A stretch of 29,376 nucleotides of DNA from the NCBI GenBank assembly GCA_030672555.1, contig DAOVGD010000040.1, forward strand, positions 1-29,376, given 5' to 3'. This document shows positions 1 to 8,873 of the stretch, in pieces. This DNA comes from Desulfobacterales bacterium. GTDB taxonomy: Bacteria; Desulfobacterota; Desulfobacteria; Desulfobacterales; C00003106. The notes below the pieces were generated by a model. It saw only the letters and a program-made list of their open reading frames with translations. It ran no database searches and was not told the origin of the DNA. The position numbers and the translations under genes are program-made. Positions within the stretch are counted from its first letter, which is position 1, and every line of letters starts with the position of its first letter.

Positions 1-106
1 TTCCTTACATTTTTGTAGTGGACACTATTTTAAACTCCTTTTGCAAATATAGCCCCCAGACTCGTTACTGTCAATTCAATTCTAACCCCTTCAATTGTAT
101 CCTTTT

Positions 107-134
107 GTCTGATTTGAACTGTCTGATTTGAACT
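107..134. repeat. Perfect tandem duplication of the 14-mer GTCTGATTTGAACT
   Basis: Copies at 107-120 and 121-134, read directly. Confidence 0.9.
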
Positions 135-160
135 TGACACAATCACCTTTTTGCTATATT
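134..160 (+). promoter_or_regulatory. Possible sigma70 promoter for the methyltransferase-kinase pair
   Basis: TTGACA 134-139 and TGnTATATT 152-160; the 15-nt spacer is short for sigma70. Confidence 0.35.
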
Positions 161-346
161 GCCAAAATGGTTTCTTATCACTTACCACTGAAAGTCTCAA
201 GAAGTGTAAAATGCCTAAAATGATCTAATATGTCTGAGGTTAAGGATAATATCTATTTTTATATATTAACATTTCCACAGCGAATTTTCATTTTTCGTTG
301 AGGCCATAGAGGATGGTTGTTAGTGAATAAAAAAAAGGGATTTTCA

Positions 347-919
347 ATGTCAAAAGATATTGGATTACAAAAATTACTTCATGATATTCGATACCGCCGG
401 GATCGCTTCCGCCAGTTTCTTGGCATCGCCTTTATTATACTGGTCAGCGCTGCAGGCGAACCTAAGAAAATTTGGTTCGTTCTCGGTGCAGCGCTGGTTC
501 TCCTCGGTATTTCAGTACGGTTGTGGGCATCGGGACATATCAAGAAAAACAAAGTCCTTGCCACCGACGGGCCTTATTCCTTTGTCAGGCATCCGCTATA
601 TGTGGGCAATATCACGCTGGGATTTGGTTTTGCTCTTGCCTCCGGATTGTGGTGGAGTCTTCTCCTGCTGATAGGGCTCTTGATCGGCTTTTACCCGCCC
701 GCCATCCGTCACGAAGATGAAAAACTTCACCGCTTGTTTAAAGAGGTGTGGGAGCAATGGCGCAGAGAAACCCGGGCGCTTATTCCACGTTTTGTCCACT
801 TCCGGCAAGATCAGCGCGGGCGCTGGTCGTTCTGGCAAAGTTTGCGGCAGAATGGAGAGCCCCTCATTGCTCTTTTTCTTCTGGGCTGTTTATACTGCCT
901 ATATTTGAAGATTGTTTGA
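347..919 (+). CDS. Isoprenylcysteine carboxyl methyltransferase (ICMT/Ste14/PEMT)-like membrane methyltransferase
   Basis: Hydrophobic protein with LATDGPYSFVRHPLYVGN and a C-terminal EDEKL...F...W...R...PRF segment. The ORF opens at TTG 317; ATG 347 follows AAGGGA and is preferred. Confidence 0.8.
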   Translation: MSKDIGLQKLLHDIRYRRDRFRQFLGIAFIILVSAAGEPKKIWFVLGAALVLLGISVRLWASGHIKKNKVLATDGPYSFVRHPLYVGNITLGFGFALASGLWWSLLLLIGLLIGFYPPAIRHEDEKLHRLFKEVWEQWRRETRALIPRFVHFRQDQRGRWSFWQSLRQNGEPLIALFLLGCLYCLYLKIV

Positions 920-947
920 GCCCGGGGTGATGCCAGTGCGGAAAGAC

Positions 948-1631
948 ATGAATGACCTCACAGAAGGCGAGCTCCTTCAGTGGATCAGGAGTAGCGTTAA
1001 AAACAGGTCGAACATTTTTAGCTATGGTTATCAAGGAAATATCTACATTTATGAAAATAAAGGTCAACGCTTGATCATCAAGGCATCGATGGGATGGGGG
1101 GCAGGTAACCTTATCCGGCGGGCAATGTTGTACAACGAGTATCGGGTATATTCAAGACTTTCTGCCATTCACGGAATACCTCGCTGCTTCGGGTTCCTAA
1201 AAAGGCGCTACCTCGTACTCCAATTTCTCGATGGGGTCTCCATCCGAAATGCCCGAATTAGGGATCGAGAATTGTTTTTCGAAAGGCTATTGAACCTGAT
1301 CAAAGCCTTGCATAAGGCGGGTGTGGCGCATGGAGATCTCAAAAAAAAGGATAATCTTCTCGTTGTCGAAGAACAGGACCCCTATGTGATCGACTTCGGG
1401 GTAGCGATTGTTAGGAAACCGGGTTTTGCGCCTTTAAATCATTTTCTGTATAACATTGCCACAAAATTTGATTTCAACGCCTGGGCGAAATTGAAGTATA
1501 ATAAGAAGTACGATAACATATTTGAAAATATAACCGACGAAGACAGACAATATTACAACAGGACAGGTATTGAAAAGATAACACACCGGATCAAACGGAT
1601 TTATCGAAGATTTAGAAGAACCTTATCTTAG
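948..1631 (+). CDS. Protein-kinase-like fold protein (RIO1/Kdo-kinase-like)
   Basis: Catalytic loop HGDLKKKDN and IDFG motif. The ORF opens at 912; ATG 948 follows GGAAAG. Confidence 0.75.
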   Translation: MNDLTEGELLQWIRSSVKNRSNIFSYGYQGNIYIYENKGQRLIIKASMGWGAGNLIRRAMLYNEYRVYSRLSAIHGIPRCFGFLKRRYLVLQFLDGVSIRNARIRDRELFFERLLNLIKALHKAGVAHGDLKKKDNLLVVEEQDPYVIDFGVAIVRKPGFAPLNHFLYNIATKFDFNAWAKLKYNKKYDNIFENITDEDRQYYNRTGIEKITHRIKRIYRRFRRTLS

Positions 1632-1662
1632 CGGGCGCAGGGAATACGGACACCGACAACGA

Positions 1663-2709
1663 TCAACGGACATTACTTATAATTTTGGATACGGAATTCA
1701 ATACTTCATCCACTTCGATCCCATCCATACAATCCAACTGTGTGCATTTTTTTTTAAAGCATGGACTGCACGGAATACTTTTTCGGATAATGGTATGTCC
1801 GTTTCCGAATGGAGCGGTCCTCCATGGGGCAGTGGGGCCGAAGAGGGCTATTACTGTCGTCCCCATTGCTGCTGCCACATGCATGGGGCCTGTATCGGTT
1901 GAGATGAGACAATCGGCCTTTTCATAGAGCGCGGCAAGGGTGAGGAGATCGGTCTCACCTGACAGGTCGATTCCTTTTTCTTGCATAAGAGATGTAATTT
2001 CTTGAACTGCTTTTCGATCTTCCTTGCTTCCCGTAAAGACAACGGTAATTTTATGTTTCTTTATAATCCGATCGGCCAACTCAGCAAATTTTCGACCATT
2101 CCAGAGCTTTGTCTCCCATCTTGCCATAGGATTTACTGCAATGAAACGATCCCTTTCATTCCATTGATGTTGTTTCAAGAGAAGATGAGCCCCCTTTCTT
2201 TCCTGGTCCCTCACAGGTATCCCAAAGGTAATATCAACGGTAGTTATAATCCCAGCGGCCTTAAGGAGGTTGAGATATCTCAGGATAGCGTGTTGGTTCA
2301 AGTCAAAAGGGGGGATCCGTTCGGTCAGAAATCGGCAACTCTCTTCCCTGGTTTTATCATATCCGATTTTACGGTCTCCTTTGCACAGGGCAACCAGTAT
2401 CCCGCTTTTTAACAGCCCCTGAAAGTCGATCACCATATCATACCGTGTATTGCGCAGGGTTCTAACAAAAGCAGTTATATCTTTACTTGTGCTTAGCCAT
2501 TTCCCTTCCTGGATATCCCGTATCCATTTCTTCCTCTTGGACACAATAATTGTATCGAGAGCAGGGTGATTGCGTATAATATCTGCTGCTGCTTCTTCCA
2601 CCAGCCATGTGATGTGGGCTTGGGGATACTCCTTGCGAAGTGCATTTAAGGCAGGGAGCGTGTGAATGACGTCTCCGATAGCGCTCAATTTAACGATAAG
2701 AATGTTCAT
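1663..2709 (-). CDS. waaC: LPS heptosyltransferase I (GT9)
   Basis: N-terminus MNILIVKLSAIGDVIHTLPAL...ITWLVEE; DTGPMHVAAA and LFGPT motifs. Confidence 0.8.
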   Translation of the reverse strand: MNILIVKLSAIGDVIHTLPALNALRKEYPQAHITWLVEEAAADIIRNHPALDTIIVSKRKKWIRDIQEGKWLSTSKDITAFVRTLRNTRYDMVIDFQGLLKSGILVALCKGDRKIGYDKTREESCRFLTERIPPFDLNQHAILRYLNLLKAAGIITTVDITFGIPVRDQERKGAHLLLKQHQWNERDRFIAVNPMARWETKLWNGRKFAELADRIIKKHKITVVFTGSKEDRKAVQEITSLMQEKGIDLSGETDLLTLAALYEKADCLISTDTGPMHVAAAMGTTVIALFGPTAPWRTAPFGNGHTIIRKSIPCSPCFKKKCTQLDCMDGIEVDEVLNSVSKIISNVR

Positions 2710-2728
2710 TATAAAAAATTTCTATTTT

Positions 2729-2827
2729 GGACACAGACGAACACAGATTGTCAGGATATTTATAAAGTAAGGTATTCGATAATTATAAAAAATAAGCACC
2801 TGTGTTTATCTGTGAAAATCTGTGTCC
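2729..2827. repeat. Inverted tandem-arm element with about 9-nt CACAGA units
   Basis: Left arm GGACACAGACGAACACAGATT 2729-2749; right arm CTGTGTTTATCTGTGAAAATCTGTGTCC 2800-2827; AT-rich spacer. Confidence 0.8.
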
Positions 2828-2851
2828 CAGTTTAATAATATGTCAGACTGA

Positions 2852-3925
2852 TTAAACCAGTGTCCTTACTATGTCAAATACCATATCTACACTGATTTCC
2901 TTCATACACCCATGATCTTTTGGACACTCCGGTTGCAAGCAGGGACTGCAGGGGACATGGATGCGCACAATCTTGCTTTTTGTTCCGATCGGCCCTGTAG
3001 TTTTAGGGTTTGTGGGGCCGAATATAGCGACCAGCGGGGTGTCGAGCGCTGCGGCAACATGCATCAACCCTGAGTCGTTGGTAATAAATAGATTACATCT
3101 GCTAATCAAGGCGATGGCCTCCCCCAGGGTTGTACGTCCGCATAAGTTGATGGCCGATTTTTTTATCAATTGTGTAACCTTTTGACCTATCTCTTTTTCA
3201 CCAGGAGCCCCGAAGATAAGGATATGCGCTCCGTAGCGTTCTTGTATCTTATCTGCCAAGGCCGCGTATCGTTCAGGAAACCAACGTTTGGCAGACCCGT
3301 AGGTTGCCCCTGGATTGATCCCTACGATTTGGTCACTCTCGCCAATCCCGTATCCTGTAAGAAGCTTATCGGCAGACCTATGGTTTGATTCGCTGATCTT
3401 TAATGTGAGTCCTGTGCCGTCATGAGTTAAACCGAATGGAGTAAGTATACCCAGATAATAATCGGTTTCGTGGATATCTTTGAACTTGGCATTGCGTGTC
3501 ACCGAAACGCTGTGAGTGAGAAAAAGACCTCGCCTGTCTGTATCGTATCCAATCCTGATAGGGATACGGCTGAAAAATGCGACAATTGCGGCCTCAATGG
3601 CATTTTGAAATAGTATGGCCACGTCAAACTCTCTTTTTTTTATATCTTTGATTAATCGAATTTTGCCGCGCCATCCTTTATGACGATTATTCGCATCATA
3701 GATCATGATACGATCCACATGGGGATTTTCCTCAAAAACAGGCACAACCCACGGCTTCGCCAGTATAGTAATTTCACTGTGGGGGAAATTTCCCCGTATC
3801 GCTCGGATGGCCGGAGTAGTCAGAATAGCGTCCCCTACCCAGTTAGTGGAACGAATTAGGATACGTCTGATTGTATCGGGATCGAGTTTTTTGCTGATCT
3901 TTATTTTTGGGTTATTATCATTCAT
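2852..3925 (-). CDS. waaF: LPS heptosyltransferase II (GT9)
   Basis: RILIRSTNWVGDAILTTPAI, NPGATYGSAKRW and TNDSGLMHVAAA motifs. Confidence 0.9.
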   Translation of the reverse strand: MNDNNPKIKISKKLDPDTIRRILIRSTNWVGDAILTTPAIRAIRGNFPHSEITILAKPWVVPVFEENPHVDRIMIYDANNRHKGWRGKIRLIKDIKKREFDVAILFQNAIEAAIVAFFSRIPIRIGYDTDRRGLFLTHSVSVTRNAKFKDIHETDYYLGILTPFGLTHDGTGLTLKISESNHRSADKLLTGYGIGESDQIVGINPGATYGSAKRWFPERYAALADKIQERYGAHILIFGAPGEKEIGQKVTQLIKKSAINLCGRTTLGEAIALISRCNLFITNDSGLMHVAAALDTPLVAIFGPTNPKTTGPIGTKSKIVRIHVPCSPCLQPECPKDHGCMKEISVDMVFDIVRTLV

Positions 3926-3931
3926 GACTTT

Positions 3932-4022
3932 TTAGCAAAGCGCAAGGCGCAAGGCGCAGAGAGTAAATTGATGGTTTCGAAAAAACAAAAAAACCTTTGC
4001 TTTATGCTATGCGCTTTGCTAA
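3932..4022. repeat. Inverted heptamer-arm element with a perfect 13-bp terminal inverted repeat
   Basis: TTAGCAAAGCGCA 3932-3944 pairs with TGCGCTTTGCTAA 4010-4022; GCGCAAG units in the left arm; the right end contains the lpxL stop. Confidence 0.85.
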
Positions 4023-4921
4023 CTCTTCGGCCGTGGCCGATGACGCTTGGTTTTCCATCGTCGATGCAACCAGAACCACTGATCAGGATATTGGCGCACT
4101 ACCGATTCTATAATCTTTGTATATAGTTGAGTATTGGTTTCTACATCCTTTGCTTTGTCTCCGGTCCTGATCAGAGGGACTTCAGGGGCGCACAATATCT
4201 TGTAATGCGAACCATCGCGTACTAAAAATATAGGGACTATCGGCGCTTCGGTCTTAAGGGCAAGAAGCGCCAGGCCTTTGGTGGTAGAGGCCGGACGTCC
4301 AAAGAAATCTACGAACACACCATCACGCCTGTTAGCATTTTGGTCGAGTAAAACTCCCACCAATTTTCCTTGCTTCAGGCGTTTTAAGACCGTGCGCATG
4401 GAAGACTTCTTGGGGATTATGCCTCCTCCGTGCCATGTCCTGAGTTTGGAAACAAAGATATCCAATGGCTTAGAATCAAGCGGTCGCGCTATACTATCGG
4501 GAGGATATCCCAAGAGGGATAAAACTGCTGGGAGTAATTCCCAACTCCCTACATGAGCGCTTAGACACAATATCCCCCTCCTTTTTTGGTAGGCGGCCTG
4601 AAGGTGGTGCAATCCCTCTACCGTGATGAGACTTCCCAAGCCTTTGCGTCGAAGCTTAGGAATCAGGGTCAGCTCAAATGGAGTTTGCATCAGGTTTTCA
4701 AAGACCTTGCAGGCAATATTTCGTATCTCCCCGGGATTCTTTTCACGTCCAAAGGCATGAGTTAAATTTTCTATTGTTATGTTTCGATGCCTTTTATCAA
4801 TCAGAAAAAAAAGCCGTCCTATCAGACGTCCCAATTTACGCAACCACGTTAAGGGGATTAGTCCGAGGAGATTGAAAAATATTGTGATTATCCGATAAAT
4901 TATTTTTTCAGTGCTGTTCAT
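4019..4921 (-). CDS. lpxL: Lipid A late (lauroyl-type) acyltransferase, HtrB/LpxL family
   Basis: SAHVGSWE, LLDQ and QWFWLHRRWK motifs. Confidence 0.85.
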   Translation of the reverse strand: MNSTEKIIYRIITIFFNLLGLIPLTWLRKLGRLIGRLFFLIDKRHRNITIENLTHAFGREKNPGEIRNIACKVFENLMQTPFELTLIPKLRRKGLGSLITVEGLHHLQAAYQKRRGILCLSAHVGSWELLPAVLSLLGYPPDSIARPLDSKPLDIFVSKLRTWHGGGIIPKKSSMRTVLKRLKQGKLVGVLLDQNANRRDGVFVDFFGRPASTTKGLALLALKTEAPIVPIFLVRDGSHYKILCAPEVPLIRTGDKAKDVETNTQLYTKIIESVVRQYPDQWFWLHRRWKTKRHRPRPKS

Positions 4922-4931
4922 GTGTCATGAA

Positions 4932-5060
4932 AATTTAGGAATTTAGGAATTTAGGAATTTAGGAATTGGGGAATTAGAATCATAAAATTCGTTTAATTCG
5001 GAATCCCTAAATTCCTGAATTCGCAATTAAGCGAAGCGGCATTCGCAATTCCTCAATCCC
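4932..5060. repeat. Inverted octamer-arm element (AATTTAGG family)
   Basis: Four perfect AATTTAGG units 4932-4963 plus AATTGGGG; the right arm of AATTCCTN-type units at 5002-5060 is interrupted by GCGAAGC (5031-5037) and contains the lpxK stop. Confidence 0.9.
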
Positions 5061-6192
5061 CCGATTTGCTTTTAATAAAATTTTCGAAAGCCGGTGTATC
5101 TTCTCCAAATGATATAGATATCACAAGAATCAATGTAGGAAAAGATGCCGGGAGTCTGTTTCCGATTCTTACGTAATCCTTTTCTGTAGTAACGATATAA
5201 TCAACGTTAAGTCCCTTTGCTGTTTGCAAAATTTTTGTCACATCGCTGTTCGAATACCGGTAGTGGTCCGGGAATGGTATAAATTTTACAATAGTAGTCC
5301 CGAGTTCGGCAAGCAGGGCAGCAAAATCTTCATTTTTGGCAATTCCAGAAAAAGCAAGAACCGTTCGGCCTGTGAGAATCTCTACATTATGGGTTTTGCC
5401 GGTTGCCGGCTCTCTTAATTCGCTTGGGATGTGAGAACATCTGAAAATAGGTCTCCCGGGTAGATATTTTTGGATATCCCGAACACTATTGGTTGAGCCC
5501 TTTAGTGTTTTATGCCGGGTCAGAACAACAGCGTCTGCGCGTCTTAAGTGCTCAACAGGTTCCCGCAGCGGTCCTCTTGGGATAAGATACCCGTTTCCAA
5601 ACGGTTTTTCTGCGTCGCACAGACAAAGATTAAGATCACGTTCCAATTGAATGTGCTGAAAGGCATCATCAAGGAGTAAAATGTCGGGGTTGAATGTACT
5701 AATAGCCTTGTTCCCGGCCCGATTCCGATTACTTCCCACAACGACTGGAATTCCTTCTAGCCTGGTTGCCATCAGATAGGGCTCGTCACCGGCCTGTTCC
5801 ACTTCCATCCGGATCGTTTTTTCATTGGAAACAATCCCACCAGTCTTTTCAGCGCTCCCTCCATATCCCCGGCTGACTACGGCCACCCGGTATCCGGATC
5901 GTTTCAGCAGATCTGCTATATATATGGCAAGAGGGGTCTTGCCGGTACCCCCAACCGTCAAATTCCCGATTGAGATCACCTTGCACGGCAACTGGTTTGA
6001 TTTTATAATTCCATTTTTATAAAAGGAGGTTTTTATACGAACAATAGCACTATAGGCAAGTGAAAAAAGATAGAGGATAAACTCCAACACGGACGAAAAA
6101 GGGGCAGTATCCTCCTTTTTCATGATCGCTTCAATTTTTCTTTGTAATAGTTCACCGCAAAGACGCAAAGATCGCAAAGTCTTAAGACCCAT
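5053..6192 (-). CDS. lpxK: Tetraacyldisaccharide 4'-kinase (start uncertain: 6192 or 6123)
   Basis: VISIGNLTVGGTGKTP, SRGYG, GDEP, LDDAFQH, GPLREP and FPDHYRY motifs. Confidence 0.95.
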   Translation of the reverse strand: MGLKTLRSLRLCGELLQRKIEAIMKKEDTAPFSSVLEFILYLFSLAYSAIVRIKTSFYKNGIIKSNQLPCKVISIGNLTVGGTGKTPLAIYIADLLKRSGYRVAVVSRGYGGSAEKTGGIVSNEKTIRMEVEQAGDEPYLMATRLEGIPVVVGSNRNRAGNKAISTFNPDILLLDDAFQHIQLERDLNLCLCDAEKPFGNGYLIPRGPLREPVEHLRRADAVVLTRHKTLKGSTNSVRDIQKYLPGRPIFRCSHIPSELREPATGKTHNVEILTGRTVLAFSGIAKNEDFAALLAELGTTIVKFIPFPDHYRYSNSDVTKILQTAKGLNVDYIVTTEKDYVRIGNRLPASFPTLILVISISFGEDTPAFENFIKSKSGD

Positions 6193-6225
6193 TCAATTCC
6201 CCAATTCCTCAATTCCTCAATTCCT
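6153..6225. repeat. Chimeric junction: CGCAAAGA-unit arm next to a CAATTCCT-unit arm
   Basis: CGCAAAG x3 at 6156-6179; CAATTCC(C/T) x4 at 6194-6225, containing the waaA stop at 6209-6211. Confidence 0.85.
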
Positions 6226-7525
6226 TTTCAATCACTTTCAGTGTTTTTTCTACCGCTCCTCTATTTTCTTGAAGTACTTTGTACGCTTGATCTCCAACGG
6301 TTTTTGCTGCTGTGGGATCAGACAGAATAGTAGTAGCTGCTTTCAGAAGATGATTGGCATCTTCCACCATTATAGCGCCTTGTGCCTGTACAAGGGTATT
6401 GGCAATCCATTCAAAGTTGTGCATATGAGGGCCAAAAAGTATCGGTTTTTTAAACATCGCAGGTTCTATGGGGTTGTGACCCCCGTGTTTTATCAAACTG
6501 CCCCCCACAAAAACCGTGTCAGCGATCGCATAGAGCCTTCTCAGTTCCCCAAGGGTGTCCACAATAATTACTTCTGGAGGAATGCCGTGAGCCCCGCCGG
6601 GGCGGGGTTTAAGGGCGGTTTTTAAAGTTGAGGGAAGGTCTGCGTCCGCCAATAATCTTTTTATAGATTCGGCTCGATCAGGATGCCTTGGCACAATAAG
6701 GGTCACCAAATCGGGAAATCTTTGTTTCAACTCCTTGAGGGGATGTGCGAGGAGCTCTTCTTCCCCCGTGTGAGTACTTCCGGCCAAAAATATCTTACTG
6801 TTTTTTGCGATACCAAGCGATTCCCTTAACCGCATCCGTTCTGCGTCCGGCATTGTTTCAAGGGGGAGGTCAAATTTTATATTCCCTGTGACTTCAATTC
6901 TTTTCCGTGGCGCGCCAATCTCTGCGAAGCGATCTGCATCTTTTTGGGTTTGCAGGCATAGCCAGGAGAGATTGGAAAATACCCACTCCATAAAAAAGGA
7001 GATCTTTTTGTACCTCTTGAATGAACGCGGAGAAATCCTTCCATTCACAAAGAGCGCGGGTGTCCCGCGTTTTCTTATTTCAAAGAGGAAATTCGGCCAA
7101 ATATCTGACTCAAACAGGATAAAGATAGCAGGATCTATCCCCTTTATAATCCTTTTTACACTCCAGACAAAATCGTACGGAAATAAAACGATTGCATCGC
7201 ATGTCTTTGCCAATCGTTTTTTCGCGATTTCAAACCCGGTGTGGGTGGAGGCGGAGACAACAAGGGGATAATCAGGGAAACGGCTTTTGATCGATTGTGC
7301 CAATGGAATGGCCGATAGTATTTCTCCTACTGAAATGGCATGAAGCCAGATCGGTCTGCGTGAAAATCGATGAGGGCGGAAGCCGATTCCAAGCCGTTTT
7401 AGTACGGTCTTTTGCCTCTTTTCAAGGGTCAGGGCGCTTACTATGGTAACAGGAAGCGAGAGTACCATACCTACAACAAGGAGGAGGTTATACAGAAGCG
7501 AGAGCATTGTTGACTTTGTGTTCAC
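6209..7525 (-). CDS. waaA: Kdo transferase
   Basis: IWLHAISVGE, ESDIWPN, TGNIKFD, AGSTH, IVPRHPDR, DTLGEL and GGHNPIEPA motifs; GTG start 7525 or ATG 7507. Confidence 0.95.
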   Translation of the reverse strand: MNTKSTMLSLLYNLLLVVGMVLSLPVTIVSALTLEKRQKTVLKRLGIGFRPHRFSRRPIWLHAISVGEILSAIPLAQSIKSRFPDYPLVVSASTHTGFEIAKKRLAKTCDAIVLFPYDFVWSVKRIIKGIDPAIFILFESDIWPNFLFEIRKRGTPALFVNGRISPRSFKRYKKISFFMEWVFSNLSWLCLQTQKDADRFAEIGAPRKRIEVTGNIKFDLPLETMPDAERMRLRESLGIAKNSKIFLAGSTHTGEEELLAHPLKELKQRFPDLVTLIVPRHPDRAESIKRLLADADLPSTLKTALKPRPGGAHGIPPEVIIVDTLGELRRLYAIADTVFVGGSLIKHGGHNPIEPAMFKKPILFGPHMHNFEWIANTLVQAQGAIMVEDANHLLKAATTILSDPTAAKTVGDQAYKVLQENRGAVEKTLKVIEKELRN

Positions 7526-7551
7526 CAGTTCACGTCCTTTTTGGTTTTATA

Positions 7552-7644
7552 GATTTAGGAATTTAGGGATTCAGGAATTGTTTGGATCTCGGTCTATTCT
7601 AATTCACAATTCCCCAATTCCTTAATCCTTAAATTCCCCAATTC
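7552..7644. repeat. Inverted octamer-arm element (AATTTAGG family)
   Basis: Left arm GATTTAGG AATTTAGG GATTCAGG AATTG 7552-7580; right arm CAATTCCC CAATTCCT TAATCCTT AAATTCCC CAATT(C) from 7608. Confidence 0.85.
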
Positions 7645-7647
7645 ATA

Positions 7648-8724
7648 CTATTGTTTCGTGTTTACAAGTAAGAACAAACCAATGGTCCCGAAAAGGATAT
7701 TGGCAAACCAGGCTGCCACAACCGCTGGAACAACCCCTGAATAACCAAGCGTTCGCGCTACTACAAGGGTTACCAAATAGAGGAGCGTAATCCCAAGGCT
7801 TATTCCGATTCCTGTTGCTGTACCGACCCCTTTTTCTTTGCGGAGAGCAAGCGGAATGCCGATCAGGCTCATTATTACACATATAAATGGGAAAGATAGC
7901 TTTATATGCATATCAACCAGATACCGGCATGCGTCGTATCCTTCGTTAATAATCTTTTTCGCATATTCGCGTAACTCTGCGAACCCCATTTCATCTGAGT
8001 ATTTCACTTCCCTTTTAAAGTCGTTTGGGGTTTCGACGAGGTCGAAAATCTTCTCTTTAAAAGTGATTATTTTGTAAGAGCCGTTTTTGTCTGCCTCCTT
8101 TACAATCCCATTGTGAAAGGACCAGTGGTCTTTCTCCCAGGTTGCGCTGTGAGCCTGGATACGACGGATTAATCTGAAATTGCTGTCAAATTGATTGATG
8201 ATTACACCTTCTAAGGTTTTCGTCCTGCTGTTGAAACTTCGGATATTATAGATGGCGTTTTCCCCTTTATACCACAGTTGTTTGGATTTATAGATGAGTT
8301 CATGTGGTTTCTTTTTCACATGGCTTCTCCATATGGTATTCACCTTGCGATTGGCATAGGGAACGATAAATTCGCTGGTAATAAAGCTTATTGTTGTGAT
8401 TATAAGTGCAATAGCAATAAAAGGGGCGCCGATCCGGAAAAGACTGATCCCATTTGCCTTCATGGCAATAATTTCATGGTTCCTGGAAAATATACCCAAC
8501 GTAATAATTGTGGACATCAAGGCTGCCATGGGAGCCATTTGTACACTAACGAAAGGGACCTTATATATAAAATAGGTTAGTGCATGTTCGGTTGCCTTAG
8601 CTTCGATAAAGTCATCGATTTTTTCAAAGAAGTCGACCAGCATATATAGCATGACAAACGCCGAGAATGTGATGGCAAATAATTTAAGAAATTCTTTGCT
8701 TATATATCGCGTGATAATTGTCAT
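7648..8724 (-). CDS. lptG: LPS export ABC transporter permease LptG
   Basis: YjgP/YjgQ architecture; SRNHEIIAMKANGISL; second of the tandem permease pair. Confidence 0.85.
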   Translation of the reverse strand: MTIITRYISKEFLKLFAITFSAFVMLYMLVDFFEKIDDFIEAKATEHALTYFIYKVPFVSVQMAPMAALMSTIITLGIFSRNHEIIAMKANGISLFRIGAPFIAIALIITTISFITSEFIVPYANRKVNTIWRSHVKKKPHELIYKSKQLWYKGENAIYNIRSFNSRTKTLEGVIINQFDSNFRLIRRIQAHSATWEKDHWSFHNGIVKEADKNGSYKIITFKEKIFDLVETPNDFKREVKYSDEMGFAELREYAKKIINEGYDACRYLVDMHIKLSFPFICVIMSLIGIPLALRKEKGVGTATGIGISLGITLLYLVTLVVARTLGYSGVVPAVVAAWFANILFGTIGLFLLVNTKQ

Positions 8725-8747
8725 AGTAACAGTTCAGCTATTCTCTT

Positions 8748-8834
8748 GAGAGGATAAACAGAAACGGCGGGATAATTTTTTGTCCTGTTTTTGGATTAAC
8801 TGGATTTATATCATGTCTATCCTGTTATCCTGTC
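8748..8834. repeat. Degenerate inverted element with CAGGAT-type units
   Basis: GAGAGGATAAACAG 8748-8761 and GGATTAACTGGATT 8793-8806 oppose ATCCTGTTATCCTGTC 8819-8834. Confidence 0.45.
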
Positions 8835-8873
8835 AAAATATTTTTTATCTGGTGAATTATTACTTTCATATAA

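Noticed and set aside
207-243. ATGCCTAAA ATGATCTAAT ATGTCTGAG as a further decayed arm
   Set aside because: Too degenerate, and no complementary arm is visible.
1644-1672. ACGGAC/ACCGAC/AACGAT quasi-repeat at the waaC stop
   Set aside because: Irregular period and too short to distinguish from chance.
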